Source: a virus
Taxonomy: Duplodnaviria > Caudoviricetes
DNA length: 64,000 nucleotides
Strand: one strand, 5' to 3'
Virus record (IMG/VR): IMGVR_UViG_3300029288_000100
Coordinates: 32,001 to 96,000 of that record
The translations under genes and the position numbers were made by a program. Position 1 is the stretch's first letter. Every line of letters starts with the position of its first letter. The notes beneath the pieces were generated by a model. That model did no database searches, was not told the DNA's origin, and saw nothing but the letters and a program-made list of their open reading frames with translations. Shown one piece after another: positions 37,401 to 46,085 of this stretch.

Positions 37401-37535
37401 ATCGGTGAGACCCCGCTCGAACTCGCCGACCATCACGGTCACGCCGTAGGGGGCCGGCTGGATGCCCGCCTGAGCTTCCTTCTCCTCCACCGACACGCCC
37501 GCGCCGAGCACGGGTCCGAAGCGACGAACGGCCAT
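34488..37535 (-). CDS. Contractile tail sheath protein with large insertions
   Basis: GVSVEE, GYHKAPAG, LNPQGINVI, LWGDRTLS, WIVFAIND, CDSENN-like IDSENN. Confidence 0.93.
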   Translation of the reverse strand: MAVRRFGPVLGAGVSVEEKEAQAGIQPAPYGVTVMVGEFERGLTDRASFLSGEKDFRRRNGGRLATSFAPGAALDFFKLGRGAGELITLRVTGGDEVKSALQLFTRQGTTPLGAASAVKAAVLGGVAGPWALEHGGTLVGSVDRAGNQTATIAAIAATLQNGADETFALANEQTLTVKIDRGAVQTITFLTGEFVDIGAATAEEVAAVIAAKILGAQVSVTAVGARVTITSDTKGTDSYIEVTGGTANVALQFPIVETATTASNVADVNEVTAGELETILEAAWTNSSGVAVTSVGGALRIESNLAGASSYIQVIAASTLDDELGLDNVEHQGSDGTGALASGRKVLGRLIAKNGGKWGGQRKTHLDEITGAGDLTVTTLDTGDAMVENEWAGGTLELKKVSTKTYRIVGNTAAGVISVAADQDLLADWTAGIGTPANRYLLSRDNLDWLAREKSLAIRVVNGQEHPTTEFGLHLYVDGDEVNKWLNLSTDPTKPNYWVTIINKDPSNAEVTAEDLYAGDKTIAAVRPANLYGLSKVLTSLTLTLPDPDVTVNSQTSANPSVTFTRGASVRTQVLTGTVQAGATAIVWTTTLGPLTVNKAAFTGSACDLGPEIGVVTVTNGGTVLAEGDTVVLQILALEPDEAKGWHLWPSAVAKPNLSFVVASNTRSSVTVRTGLDLTDGGTIAAGAPFMLAYPQEFGGGCDSSPVSDADYLAAFDANLSALTRIFGKNKGFVKVATPGLCSTAVTKAALEASAAWNFGYKVEFPSNILTEAAAIDYINTTIGRSEYGCTHFPSWGYVTDPETTPGATKSSTKLVPLVGMVLGREALVARQYDGYHKAPAGIDVTLPDVLELTTGNAETATVLNEEQLNPQGINVIKFRQGTVILWGDRTLSPTSAWQWYHQRCLMSHYENLFRENFDWIVFAINDKSSDERAKTAFLTFLYPEWKKGALRGDKFVANGDDPKAAVNLKIDSENNTDATRAAGDKNAELTLRLADTTERLRVVVGKAGIFDAVV

Positions 37536-37548
37536 GGTGCGACTCCTC

Positions 37549-38892
37549 CTAGTTCACCTGGAAGGTCTCCGGCGGTGAGGCGGGGACCGGCGCACCGGCG
37601 GCGGTCGCGCGCACCTCGCCCTCGGCGGGGACGTGTTTGAAGGCCGGGCAGAACGCGGCGACCACCGGCGCATCGAACGCCGGTCGCAGGTGCATCGCCA
37701 CGTCCTCGATCGCGAAGGTCATCAGGTGTACGCGCACGTCAGGCGCGTTCGACGCGCTCTCGATCGCGCGGAATTCGTCGAGGATGCGCAGGCGGTACCG
37801 GCGGTCGGTGGCGCGGCTCCGCAGGAAGGGACCCACCTCACCGGCCGGCCCGATCAGGAAGAACCGGAGCAGCGCCTCCTGCAGGCGCTGCTGGCCGCGG
37901 GTACGGTCCGTACGCACCTCGAGCTGGATGCGGAAGTTCATCCGCAAGGGCGCTGGCAGCACGGTCCCCACCTCGGTGTCACGGCGGACGACCGAGGCAC
38001 GGGCTCCAGCAGGCGCCTGGGTTGACCCGGGTGTCTCCACCTGCGTCAACACCACCTGCGGTAGGCGGCCGACCTCCTCGAAGTCCTGCTGCGTGCCCCA
38101 CGCGACAGTCGACCGCGCAAGCATCCGCAGAAGAGGCACGTGCCCCTCCGGGATCGGCGCAGAGAGCGCGAGGAGCTTCGTGGCCGGGTCGTAGCTCGTG
38201 AGCAGGTTGACCAGGTGACTCGGGTCCGCAGTGTCGTCGAATGCCGCGTCCGCCCCGACCAGCTCGAGCGCCGCCTCGTCGGTGTACACCGAGAGGTCGA
38301 TTTCCTCGGCCTCCTCGGTCAGGGGCGGGAGCGCGAGCTCCTCGACGTAGTCCAGGCCCTCGCGGAGCGAGCCGAGCAGGGAGTCGACCAGCAAATCCTC
38401 CTGCCAGTCGACCGGACCGCGCCAGAGTACCGCCGCGCCCAGGACCTCCGGCGTCACGTTGCCGTCCGTCGTCCGGAGGTTGAAGGTCAGAGCGAAAGCC
38501 CGCGAGGTGGCTACGTCCAGACTGGCGAGGTGCTGGTTGACCTCCGCCTCGGTGTTCCAGTCCCCGGGTCCGGCTTCCGACCACGCCGCGCCATCCCAGA
38601 AGAGGTCGCGGCTCCCGTTCCACACGCGCAGCCCAACCGAGGTTCCATCAGGAGTCGTCGCGTCGAGCTGCAGCGCGAGGAGCTGGCGGACGGCCCCAGG
38701 GCGGTGGGTATGGCTGCGGACCCAGATGTCTGGGTCCGTCGGGTACTGGTTGTTCGCCTGGACCTTGAGCTTCACGCAGTGGTCAGGCGTCAGCCGGACC
38801 AGGTTGAGGTTCGAGAAGACGCTGGACGCCCGCGGGTCGAACCCTTGCCCGGGCGTCCAGCTAACCTCCGTGATGAGCCTTACTTCTTGCAT
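37549..38892 (-). CDS. Putative tail terminator/completion protein
   Basis: Position between neck and sheath; no diagnostic motif. Confidence 0.5.
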   Translation of the reverse strand: MQEVRLITEVSWTPGQGFDPRASSVFSNLNLVRLTPDHCVKLKVQANNQYPTDPDIWVRSHTHRPGAVRQLLALQLDATTPDGTSVGLRVWNGSRDLFWDGAAWSEAGPGDWNTEAEVNQHLASLDVATSRAFALTFNLRTTDGNVTPEVLGAAVLWRGPVDWQEDLLVDSLLGSLREGLDYVEELALPPLTEEAEEIDLSVYTDEAALELVGADAAFDDTADPSHLVNLLTSYDPATKLLALSAPIPEGHVPLLRMLARSTVAWGTQQDFEEVGRLPQVVLTQVETPGSTQAPAGARASVVRRDTEVGTVLPAPLRMNFRIQLEVRTDRTRGQQRLQEALLRFFLIGPAGEVGPFLRSRATDRRYRLRILDEFRAIESASNAPDVRVHLMTFAIEDVAMHLRPAFDAPVVAAFCPAFKHVPAEGEVRATAAGAPVPASPPETFQVN

Positions 38893-38948
38893 CGTCCCGG
38901 TCAGGTTCGCGCGGGCCGGGAGGTGCGAGCCAAACGGAATGAGCGACT

Positions 38949-39533
38949 CTACTTTCGGAATGCGGTCACCACACCCTCACCAAGCTCCGCCGCGATTGCC
39001 GCCGCGGACTGCTCCAGTGGGACCCGGATGAACGGCCGGCCGCGCACGCGCCAAGTCTGCTCTGCCTGGCCGCTCGGGATCTGCTTGGCAGCCTTGTTGC
39101 CCTGCCGGCGCCGGAGCTCGGCAAAGACCGCCGCCCGTACCGCTGGTGTGACCTTGACGACGAACCCCTCGTGCAGCGCGATCCCGATGTTCACGAGGCC
39201 CCGCGCTCGCCCTCCACCGCGCCTGACTCGGGCGCCTGTCCGCATGAGTCCGCAGGCGCCCACGATCCTGTTTTTGGTGACCTCGACCGCCGTAGTGATA
39301 GCCGCGATAAGGTCTCCATGGTCTTTGAGCGGTTTCGAGCTGCCCTTAATGAGCACGGTCAAGGCTGCATTGGGGAACCCGTGAGTTTCGCTCTTGATGT
39401 ACTCGATCGATGCCTTGCGGACCGCGAGCACCGCCCGGCGCATCCGGGCGCGCATCTCGTCCTGGAGGTTTTTCTGCGTGCCGCCGCGGAGCCAGCCGAC
39501 GAGCTCCTTGAAGCCGCGCAGCTCGAGGCTCAT
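38949..39533 (-). CDS. Neck/tail-completion protein (HK97 gp10/Mu gpG-like)
   Basis: KPLKDHGDL, HEG, RPFI. Confidence 0.65.
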   Translation of the reverse strand: MSLELRGFKELVGWLRGGTQKNLQDEMRARMRRAVLAVRKASIEYIKSETHGFPNAALTVLIKGSSKPLKDHGDLIAAITTAVEVTKNRIVGACGLMRTGARVRRGGGRARGLVNIGIALHEGFVVKVTPAVRAAVFAELRRRQGNKAAKQIPSGQAEQTWRVRGRPFIRVPLEQSAAAIAAELGEGVVTAFRK

Positions 39534-39982
39534 GGCGCACGATCCGTGAAGCGGACCTCCAGGAGCGTCGCTCCACCATCTTCCGGGTAGAACGCAACGT
39601 CGCGGAAGTAGCTGACGTAGAGGTTGACCGCCGTGCGCCCGATTCGCACGATGCGGTCTCCCCGCGCGATGCCGGGGGAGATCGTGCCGTCCAGGTTCTC
39701 GGTCGCGACGCCAGCGGCGAGGAGATCCGCGTAACGCACGAGGAAGTAGCCCTGCGACTCCTCCTCTACGCCGCCCGGGCGCACCTCAGGCCGGCCGCGG
39801 AAGCTGTCCGCCGTGTTCCAGTTCACCTGTGCCTCGAGGACGGTCACGTCGCCGAGTCCGGGCCCCTGCCCGGTCTTCCAGAGCTGCCGCACCGGTTCGC
39901 GCGCGAGCGGGTCAGACTTTGTCGCGGATCGCACCGCGCGCTGCAGGTGCACGGGCACCGGGTGGAGCAGGGTCGGCGTCAA
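39530..39982 (-). CDS. Head closure (stopper) protein
   Basis: Beta-rich, IARGDRI; follows the adaptor. Confidence 0.55.
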   Translation of the reverse strand: MTPTLLHPVPVHLQRAVRSATKSDPLAREPVRQLWKTGQGPGLGDVTVLEAQVNWNTADSFRGRPEVRPGGVEEESQGYFLVRYADLLAAGVATENLDGTISPGIARGDRIVRIGRTAVNLYVSYFRDVAFYPEDGGATLLEVRFTDRAP

Positions 39983-40176
39983 GGCGCGCCCCCAGTGAGG
40001 AGCTCCTCCAGCCGGTCGAGGCGCTTGACGGCACGCACCAGGGCCTCTTCGATCACGTGGCCGCGCTCTGCGAGGTCCCCGCGCGCCGCAGAGATCAGCT
40101 CCAGTTCCCGCCGGAGGACGTCAGTCTCCCGTCGCACCGCTGCCAGTCGCTCGGCGTCCGGGACTCGCGCTGTCAT
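39979..40176 (-). CDS. Small coiled-coil hypothetical protein
   Basis: 4-nt overlaps with both neighbours. Confidence 0.5.
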   Translation of the reverse strand: MTARVPDAERLAAVRRETDVLRRELELISAARGDLAERGHVIEEALVRAVKRLDRLEELLTGGAP

Positions 40177-41141
40177 TGCCGGAGCAGTGACCTCGGCGCC
40201 CGGACGATCAGGGGCGCCTTGTACATGGCGAGGATCTGGTCCACCTCGACGTCACCGGTGGCGGTCAGTACGCGGCCACCGGCGGTCGGGTCTGCGTACT
40301 TGCGGCGGTGCCGGTCAGTCTCCTCCTCGATTACCGGGCCTGTCGCCCCACCCCCGCTCACCATCGGCCGGACCGAACGGCAAACCAGCCTCACCACTGC
40401 CCGGCGGATGAGCGGCGGCACGCCCCCGAAGACCCCTGACTCCTGGAACCCGAACACGCCGTCGATCGCCACGTTCCGCTCCCCGGCGGTGAACCGTGGT
40501 GGGCCGTCGAGAGGGCCTGTCCCGGAGAAGATGTTCGGGCTCGTCGAGATGAACTTGATCCGTGGGTTTCGCCGGTGGTCCGCTTCAGCGCCGCCCCGTC
40601 CGGTGTACGCAGTGAAGAGGTCGCTGGAGACCGCGACGCTGTCGATCCGGAGCTCAGTCAGGTAGATGATTGGTACCGGGAGCTGGAGCAACCACGACCC
40701 ACTCCCGTCGAGCTCCCAGGTCATTTCCCGGGGGAGGAACCACTGCCGGGTGCGCGCCTCCACGAAGGCCTGCATGGCGTCGATGAGCGCATTGATCCGC
40801 GCGTCGCTCGCGGAGGACGGGACGCCTTCCGCCCGCACATCGTCGACTGAAGCGTACCGACTCATCGCGTCGCCGCGGACAGGTTCGCTGGGCTCGCCCT
40901 CCGCGAGTGTCACCGAGTCGAGGAGCGCCCAGCGGTAGTAGGCGCTCAGTTCCCCCGCAGCATCGACGAAGGTGTAGAGGAGCTGCCCGGAGAGCAGGGT
41001 CAGGCGTGTCCCCGCGGTGGTGACTTCTGCGTAGGCCCCTCCAGCGGTCGCCGCCCGGTAGACCTTCACGCGGTCGTAGCCGGCGGCGAGGGCTTCGCTG
41101 ACTCCGAGCACGTTGACCCGAACGGTGATTGCAGTCGCCAT
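40173..41141 (-). CDS. Head-tail adaptor
   Basis: YASVDDVRAEG...FVEARTRQWF...LDGSG...VPPLIRRA. Confidence 0.7.
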   Translation of the reverse strand: MATAITVRVNVLGVSEALAAGYDRVKVYRAATAGGAYAEVTTAGTRLTLLSGQLLYTFVDAAGELSAYYRWALLDSVTLAEGEPSEPVRGDAMSRYASVDDVRAEGVPSSASDARINALIDAMQAFVEARTRQWFLPREMTWELDGSGSWLLQLPVPIIYLTELRIDSVAVSSDLFTAYTGRGGAEADHRRNPRIKFISTSPNIFSGTGPLDGPPRFTAGERNVAIDGVFGFQESGVFGGVPPLIRRAVVRLVCRSVRPMVSGGGATGPVIEEETDRHRRKYADPTAGGRVLTATGDVEVDQILAMYKAPLIVRAPRSLLRQ

Positions 41142-41189
41142 CCCCCAGACGGTAGGCGCGAAACCATCCCATGATCCGAGCAGAATGAG

Positions 41190-41540
41190 TTACGGGCGGT
41201 ATCGGAGCTTGCCGCGGCGGTCCAAGTCCACCCGGAACCGCCCGGCCCGGCCGTTGAGGTGCATGCTGAGCGTGACCAGCACATCATCCAGCCAGGCCCG
41301 CACCCGCTCCGCTACCGGCTCTCCGGCCCCGTTGCGGACCACCTCCGCGTCAAAGGCTTCGACGCGGAACCGCCGCGGGAGGGGGAGGTCGGCACGGTGG
41401 GGACCCTCCGCCAGGGCCAGTCCGCGCACAGTGTGGGGGAAGTCTGGCGCAGCGGCGATCGAGCGCCATGTCTGGGCGCCGTCCTCGGTGCGGAGGTCGA
41501 CGGGGAGCACAGACCCGTCCTGTCGGCTGACGTAGAGCAC
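41190..41540 (-). CDS. Hypothetical protein
   Basis: In the operon; coding-like GC3. Confidence 0.55.
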   Translation of the reverse strand: MLYVSRQDGSVLPVDLRTEDGAQTWRSIAAAPDFPHTVRGLALAEGPHRADLPLPRRFRVEAFDAEVVRNGAGEPVAERVRAWLDDVLVTLSMHLNGRAGRFRVDLDRRGKLRYRP

Positions 41541-41544
41541 CGAC

Positions 41545-41874
41545 TCAGGACTCGTCCGGCTTGCGTTCCTTGAGCGCCACGAGCTGCCGGGCGTGCGGGA
41601 GGTGTCCGAAGCCGAACCGGGTGGCGCGGCGGTTGACCTCCGCCTCGCTCATCCCGCGCCGGTCGATCCGCTGACTCTCCACGTACGGCTGCACGAACAG
41701 CCGGCGGAAGAGGGCGGGCTCGTGCGCCCGGAGGTGCTCGAGCTCGGCCGCCGAGATCGCCCGGGGCACGTCGGGGAAGAGTCGGATCGCGCCGAAGCAC
41801 GACCGCTCGACGCCCTCGGGGATCTCCACGGAGGCCGCCGGCTGATCACGAAGCGTGACGATCACCTTCTTCAT
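41545..41874 (-). CDS. Hypothetical protein
   Basis: SD GGAGG; overlaps the upstream stop. Confidence 0.6.
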   Translation of the reverse strand: MKKVIVTLRDQPAASVEIPEGVERSCFGAIRLFPDVPRAISAAELEHLRAHEPALFRRLFVQPYVESQRIDRRGMSEAEVNRRATRFGFGHLPHARQLVALKERKPDES

Positions 41875-42236
41875 GCGGCACCTCCGATCAGCTTCACCTG
41901 GAAGCGGCTGCTCCCGCGGGCGAAGGTGACGAGCTCGGGGTCGCTCGTCACCACCGGCTGCCCGGCGACGAACGTGCGCCCCTTGCGCGCCCCGTAGGTG
42001 GCCCCCTCCACGAGGGTGATCTCGTAGATCAGGACCCGCGGAGTCACCGGCTTCTCCGGCTCTGGTTCGGCCAGCTCGCGCACCCGCGGCTGGGGCTTGG
42101 GTTCCTCCCTCAGGGCTTCCTCCTCTGGAGCTTCCTCGGGAGCGGACTTCAGCTCCTTGGTCACCTCTGTCGGTGGGAGCGCCCGCTTCGGTCCCCCGAC
42201 ATCCGGGGGCGACGCTCTCTGTTGCCTCTTCTTCAT
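41871..42236 (-). CDS. Hypothetical protein (Pro/Glu-rich N-terminus)
   Basis: SD GGAGG; directly after the capsid gene. Confidence 0.6.
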   Translation of the reverse strand: MKKRQQRASPPDVGGPKRALPPTEVTKELKSAPEEAPEEEALREEPKPQPRVRELAEPEPEKPVTPRVLIYEITLVEGATYGARKGRTFVAGQPVVTSDPELVTFARGSSRFQVKLIGGAA

Positions 42237-42252
42237 GGCGTCACCTCCCCCG

Positions 42253-43455
42253 TCAGTCGAGGCCGATGTTGATGCCCTTGACCGTCGCCGTGATCTCCTC
42301 GACCTGCACCCCGGGCTTGGTGGTTATCGCGAACTGGTTCACCCCCTTGAAGATCTCACGCCCAGTCTCGATCCGCACCTCCCGCGACAGGACGAAGATG
42401 AGGTTCGACATCTCGGTCAGCGCGATCTGCGAGAGCGAGTTGTAGGTCACCTTCACCGTTGCGCCAGCGTTGAGGGCCCCACCGCCGATCGTGGTGATGG
42501 TCCCGAGGATGCGGTTCACGTTGTAGTCGACGCCCTCGACGTAGGGGGTCGTCGGGATCTTGCCGAGGGTCGACGGGCAGAGGATGACCGTCGCGCCGAT
42601 CGGCTTGTAGCGGAGCGCCATGGTGGCCGGTGCGGCGCCGAAGACCAGGTGCTCGGTGACGAGCGGCTCGGAGTCGAGCATCGGCACCGGGACCATGGGG
42701 ATCCCGAAGACCGGGATCTTCGCGTCGCCGGTCACCGCGGCGTCACCGCCGGGCGTCGCGCGGGCGCCGAACTTCTCGCGCCAGGTCTGCTCGAGGTCCA
42801 TCGAGACGAGCCAGCGCAGGTTCCGGCGCGTGCGGCGGAACTTGATGGGAAGCCTCTTCAGCATCTTGCTGAAGATCTGGAGGGAGACGTTCGCGCCCTC
42901 GGCGTCATAGACGTTCCCCGCGTCGAGCAGGCGCAGCCAGCCGTTGAACCTGGCCAGCAGGCTGTCCTGGATGACCTGGGTGGTGCTCCCACCATCGTAG
43001 AAGAAGTTCTCGAGGCGGGCGGGCCCGAGCAGATCGCCGTTGATGGCGAGCTCCTCGGTGTCGTTCGCCGCATGGGTGGCCATCATTCGGATGACGTGGT
43101 CCTCGACGTCCTCACCCTCGATGTTGCTCTCCCCGAACTCGTCGGAGATCTCGAAGGGGGTCATCAGGGTCACGGTGTTGAGCACCACCTGCGACGTGTT
43201 GACGCCGGCGCGGAAGCCCGGGTCGCGCGCCTCCTCCTTCGGGACGGTCACGCGGCGCCCGACACCGATCTTGTCGACGTTCTTCGACTGACCGTCGATC
43301 TTGACCATGCGGACGGAACCTTTGAGCTCCGTCACGTCGATCTCGTAGTCCAGGAACTGGTTCGACTGCTCGGCGTTGAGCAGCCCGCCGCCTGCGAGCT
43401 GGGACGCGGTGGCGATCGCCTTCTGGTAGTACTGCAGCAGCTCCTCGTTGGTCAT
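42253..43455 (-). CDS. Major capsid protein (HK97 fold)
   Basis: GGLLNAEQSNQF, ESNIEGED, ANDTEELAINGD, FNGWLR; follows the protease. Confidence 0.9.
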   Translation of the reverse strand: MTNEELLQYYQKAIATASQLAGGGLLNAEQSNQFLDYEIDVTELKGSVRMVKIDGQSKNVDKIGVGRRVTVPKEEARDPGFRAGVNTSQVVLNTVTLMTPFEISDEFGESNIEGEDVEDHVIRMMATHAANDTEELAINGDLLGPARLENFFYDGGSTTQVIQDSLLARFNGWLRLLDAGNVYDAEGANVSLQIFSKMLKRLPIKFRRTRRNLRWLVSMDLEQTWREKFGARATPGGDAAVTGDAKIPVFGIPMVPVPMLDSEPLVTEHLVFGAAPATMALRYKPIGATVILCPSTLGKIPTTPYVEGVDYNVNRILGTITTIGGGALNAGATVKVTYNSLSQIALTEMSNLIFVLSREVRIETGREIFKGVNQFAITTKPGVQVEEITATVKGINIGLD

Positions 43456-43540
43456 GACTCTTTCCTCCTGCTGATCGCTCGCCTCCCGGAGAGCGGTTCG
43501 TGGCGCGGCGGTTCGGCCGCTGGTTCCTCCGTCGGCGCGC

Positions 43541-45055
43541 CTAGGAGGTCTTGCCCTTGTCCTTGCCGTACCGCAGCCCGACCGCCGTCCCCGCCCACTT
43601 GCTCACGGGCGCCGGGGGCGTCGTCGCCGAGGCGGTCTCGGGCGGCACCGACTGCCCCTGCGCCGCCGCGCGGGTGACCGCCGCCTGCTCGAGGGCCTTG
43701 TTCGCCTTCTCGAGCTCCTCCCTGGTCTTCACCAGCTCATCCCCCTGCGACTTCGTCGTCTCCTCCAGGGTCGCGAGCCGCTTGGACACCTCGTCGCCCG
43801 GCTTCACCGGCTCGGGCGCGGGCTGCGGCTGCGGCGGCTGCGCCGCTCCCCGCTCGACTGCCACGAGGATCCGCTCGACCTTGCCCTCGAGGTTGGTCAG
43901 GCGGTCCTCGGTGGTGATCGGCGGTGTGGCCGCGGGGGTGGGCGCCGGTGCCGGCGCGGGGGGGACCGACGCGGTGGTCTGCGCGGGCTGCGGCGGCGCG
44001 GCCCCCGGCTCCGGGTTCTGGGTGGTGCCTTCCTTCTTCGTGCTCATTCTCTCGTCTCCTTGCTGTGACGTTCCTTCCGGAACCGGTTTGCGCTTCGTGA
44101 TGAACCAGACCTCCTCGTTCGCCGCGGCGTCGACGAGGCTCACCTCTTCGACGCGGAGCTGGACGAAGCGCTCCTTCGCCTCGTCGCCCTCCGCCTTCGC
44201 GATGTACTCGTCGAGCGCGCGCTTCTGCGCCTGAGTCCAGCCGCGGTCCGTGACGAGCACGCGGCGACCGCCGCGCATCTCGGTGAGGGGGACCTTCTTC
44301 GCGTACCCACCGATCGAGAGCCCGGTGATCTCCCCGCGACGGATCTTCCCGACCAGCTCCTCGTCGTCTGTGAAGAGCTGCTGGTACCAGGTGCCCTTGG
44401 TGATCAGCTTCGTCGCGCCGTCAGGGAGCGGAAACTCGATGTCCACCGGCGCGATTACGTTCTGGAGGATCTTCACCTTCTCGGTGATCGCCTGCGCGTG
44501 CATGAGCCCGATCGTCTGGAACTCGCGCATGAAGAGGTCGTTCGCCTGCTCGATCTCCTCGGCGGAGATGACCGTCCCCTCGGCGTCCGGCACCTCCGGC
44601 TTGGAGACGATCCCGTAGACGCGAACCTCCTTCTCCGGGTCCGAGGTATCTCCTTCCGCCGCCTTGGAGATGAAGATCTCACCCGACCAGTGGAGCGCGG
44701 TTTCCTCGGGCTGCGCTGGGGGAGCAGGTGGTGCAGCGTCTTCCCTCTGCACTTTGGCGATCAGGTCGCCCACCTCCGCGGTGATCGCACCGGTGAGCTC
44801 CACCTCGTGAAGACTCCCGGATGCGAACTCGCGGGCCCGGCGCACCTGGAGCGTGAAGTGGTCACGGAGCGAGACCGGCTCTACGCTCAGGTCGAAGCCG
44901 TGGTTGCGCGCCCAGGCCTTTGCCGCTGCCGCGGTCTTGAACACGTCGCGGCTCAGCTTGAGTCGCCGCACCTGCGTCGGTGACATCCCGAACTGGAGCA
45001 GCAGCGCCGCCCCGCGCGCGATCGACTCCGCCTTCTTTTTCGCGTCCATCGCCAT
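43541..45055 (-). CDS. XkdF-like prohead serine protease with scaffold-like C-terminus
   Basis: VYGIVSKPEVPDAEG, GLMH, KGTW, GEITGLSIGG, EVSLVDAAAN. Confidence 0.88.
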   Translation of the reverse strand: MAMDAKKKAESIARGAALLLQFGMSPTQVRRLKLSRDVFKTAAAAKAWARNHGFDLSVEPVSLRDHFTLQVRRAREFASGSLHEVELTGAITAEVGDLIAKVQREDAAPPAPPAQPEETALHWSGEIFISKAAEGDTSDPEKEVRVYGIVSKPEVPDAEGTVISAEEIEQANDLFMREFQTIGLMHAQAITEKVKILQNVIAPVDIEFPLPDGATKLITKGTWYQQLFTDDEELVGKIRRGEITGLSIGGYAKKVPLTEMRGGRRVLVTDRGWTQAQKRALDEYIAKAEGDEAKERFVQLRVEEVSLVDAAANEEVWFITKRKPVPEGTSQQGDERMSTKKEGTTQNPEPGAAPPQPAQTTASVPPAPAPAPTPAATPPITTEDRLTNLEGKVERILVAVERGAAQPPQPQPAPEPVKPGDEVSKRLATLEETTKSQGDELVKTREELEKANKALEQAAVTRAAAQGQSVPPETASATTPPAPVSKWAGTAVGLRYGKDKGKTS

Positions 45056-45059
45056 CTGT

Positions 45060-46085
45060 CTACTCCTCGACGATCACGGAGCGGCAGCGACCGTGCAGCG
45101 GTGGCACCGCCATTCCAGCCAGCTCCAGGTTTCGGTTCTGCTCAGCGCGCTCGCCGCTCCCGGCGACCCGCTGCAGCTCTTCCAGCGTTCGCCAGCCCGC
45201 GATCTGCTTGAACTCCTCCGGGTCGCGGGCGGCGAGTGCGCGCTCCTCGGCGGCGAGCGCCGCCTCGACGGTGAAGATTCGCCCGTCGAGGAAAAGGCAA
45301 ATCTTTGTAGTCCTTTCGTCGTTCACCGCCTCGAAGCGATACCGCTCGATCCGGGCCTCGACGAACGCGTGGAGTGCCCCGGAGTTACTTGCACGTGACC
45401 GGACCTCGCCGGCGACGAGCTCGAAGTAACTCCGGGGTGACCCGCGGTAGGTGTTGGGGACCTGCGCCGCTGGGAATTCGCCCTTCACCACACCGCGTAG
45501 GATCTGCCCGACATCATCTCGCCCGAGCCCTCCGGAGACCGCTTCGCGGGCTACAGTCGCCGAAATCACGCGACTGAGCTGCTGCGACCAGAAGCCCCCG
45601 ATCCACCAGAGCTGCTGCCCGGACATCGCGTCGATCGCGCCGCGGTCAACGAGGGTGAGCGTGCCTGAGACCTTCCGCCCGGAGGGGGCGCCCGACGTTC
45701 GGAGACGCGCGCGCACTGCCCGGCGCCCAAGGAGCAGCAGCGCCGCAGCAGCGCCAGCGACCAGCGCGAGGAACCGCTCGCCGGGATCCGGGAGCCGCTC
45801 CCCTACCTTGCGCAGCGCGGTGTCCACCTGCTCGGGAGCGACGTCTGTCTCCGGCAGGTCGTCCAGGACCTCATCCGCGGCGGCAAGCACGTCCTCCACG
45901 TAGCGGTCGTGCACCTCGCGCGCGAGCTTCCGCTCTGTCGCGGACGTCCGGGTCGGAGCCTTCACGATCTCCTCGCCGCCGGCCTCCCGGCCGACCGCAT
46001 CCGCGAGCGCGAGGAGCTCCTCGTCAGGGAGCGCCTTCAGCACCTCCGGTGTGCACGCTGCTGCGATGCGCTGCACGTCGATCAC
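45060..46085 (-). CDS. Mu gpF-like minor head protein
   Basis: AVNDERTTKICLFLDGRIF and PPLHGRCRS. Confidence 0.85.
   Translation of the reverse strand: MIDVQRIAAACTPEVLKALPDEELLALADAVGREAGGEEIVKAPTRTSATERKLAREVHDRYVEDVLAAADEVLDDLPETDVAPEQVDTALRKVGERLPDPGERFLALVAGAAAALLLLGRRAVRARLRTSGAPSGRKVSGTLTLVDRGAIDAMSGQQLWWIGGFWSQQLSRVISATVAREAVSGGLGRDDVGQILRGVVKGEFPAAQVPNTYRGSPRSYFELVAGEVRSRASNSGALHAFVEARIERYRFEAVNDERTTKICLFLDGRIFTVEAALAAEERALAARDPEEFKQIAGWRTLEELQRVAGSGERAEQNRNLELAGMAVPPLHGRCRSVIVEE

Noticed and set aside
34476-37640. Long plus-strand ORFs (also 18402-19946, 19759-21885, 42097-43677, 46745-48820)
   Set aside because: Antisense shadows of well-supported minus-strand genes, expected in GC-rich DNA; no motifs.
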